Positions 63,784-64,000 of a stretch of 64,000 nucleotides of DNA are shown in pieces. The first letter of the stretch is position 1. Each line of letters opens with the position of its first letter. Location: the NCBI GenBank assembly GCA_964016885.1, contig OZ024741.1, positions 64,542,001-64,606,000 on the forward strand, read 5' to 3'. Made by a program: the position numbers and the translations under genes. The notes under the pieces are model-generated. The model was not told the origin of the DNA and did no database searches. It saw only the letters and a list, made by a program, of their open reading frames with translations. The stretch comes from Eledone cirrhosa (taxonomy: Eukaryota).

Positions 63784-64000
63784 CTAAAGAAAAAATAATT
63801 GAAGAGATTTTGGGAGGTGGTTATTTTCATATATATATTCCAGATAAGACATCTTAAACATAGGCAAACACCAAGACAAACTGAAAAACGAACAAACATT
63901 TTTAGTTATCAATCGCGAATCCAATAAAGAAAATAAACATACATTTTCACTTAGTATTTTTTGCCACCACTATCATCATCAACAATCGAACCTGCCACGT

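Overview
This is AT-rich, microsatellite-dense eukaryotic DNA. The SINE families and repeat landscape look like an octopod cephalopod (inference). The right 24 kb hold 14 minus-strand coding exons of an intact SWI/SNF subunit gene, SMARCD/BAF60. Its 5' end lies beyond the window, the stop is at 40440, and there is a candidate extra in-frame 42-nt cassette exon. Downstream on the same strand are two exons of a PSMC5/Rpt6 (26S proteasome ATPase) relic carrying tandem stop codons. Their intron has been inflated by a 13.4-kb hAT transposon with intact TIRs and an 8-bp TSD. That transposon holds a nest of other elements: an LTR-like piece, a second hAT, a full-length L1/Tx1 in an (ATCT)n tract, MITEs, SINEs and a hammerhead-bearing Penelope-like remnant. 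The rest is transposon debris: Chapaev3-like, R4/Dong, CRE-like, CR1, RTE, Naiad-like and GIY-YIG Penelope, Gypsy with a 3' LTR, and many SINEs and MITEs. Several long foldback palindromes start directly at (TA)n tracts. I found no rRNA, bona fide tRNA or CRISPR, and most ORFs in the track are artefacts of simple repeats. All calls were made by eye, with no database searches.
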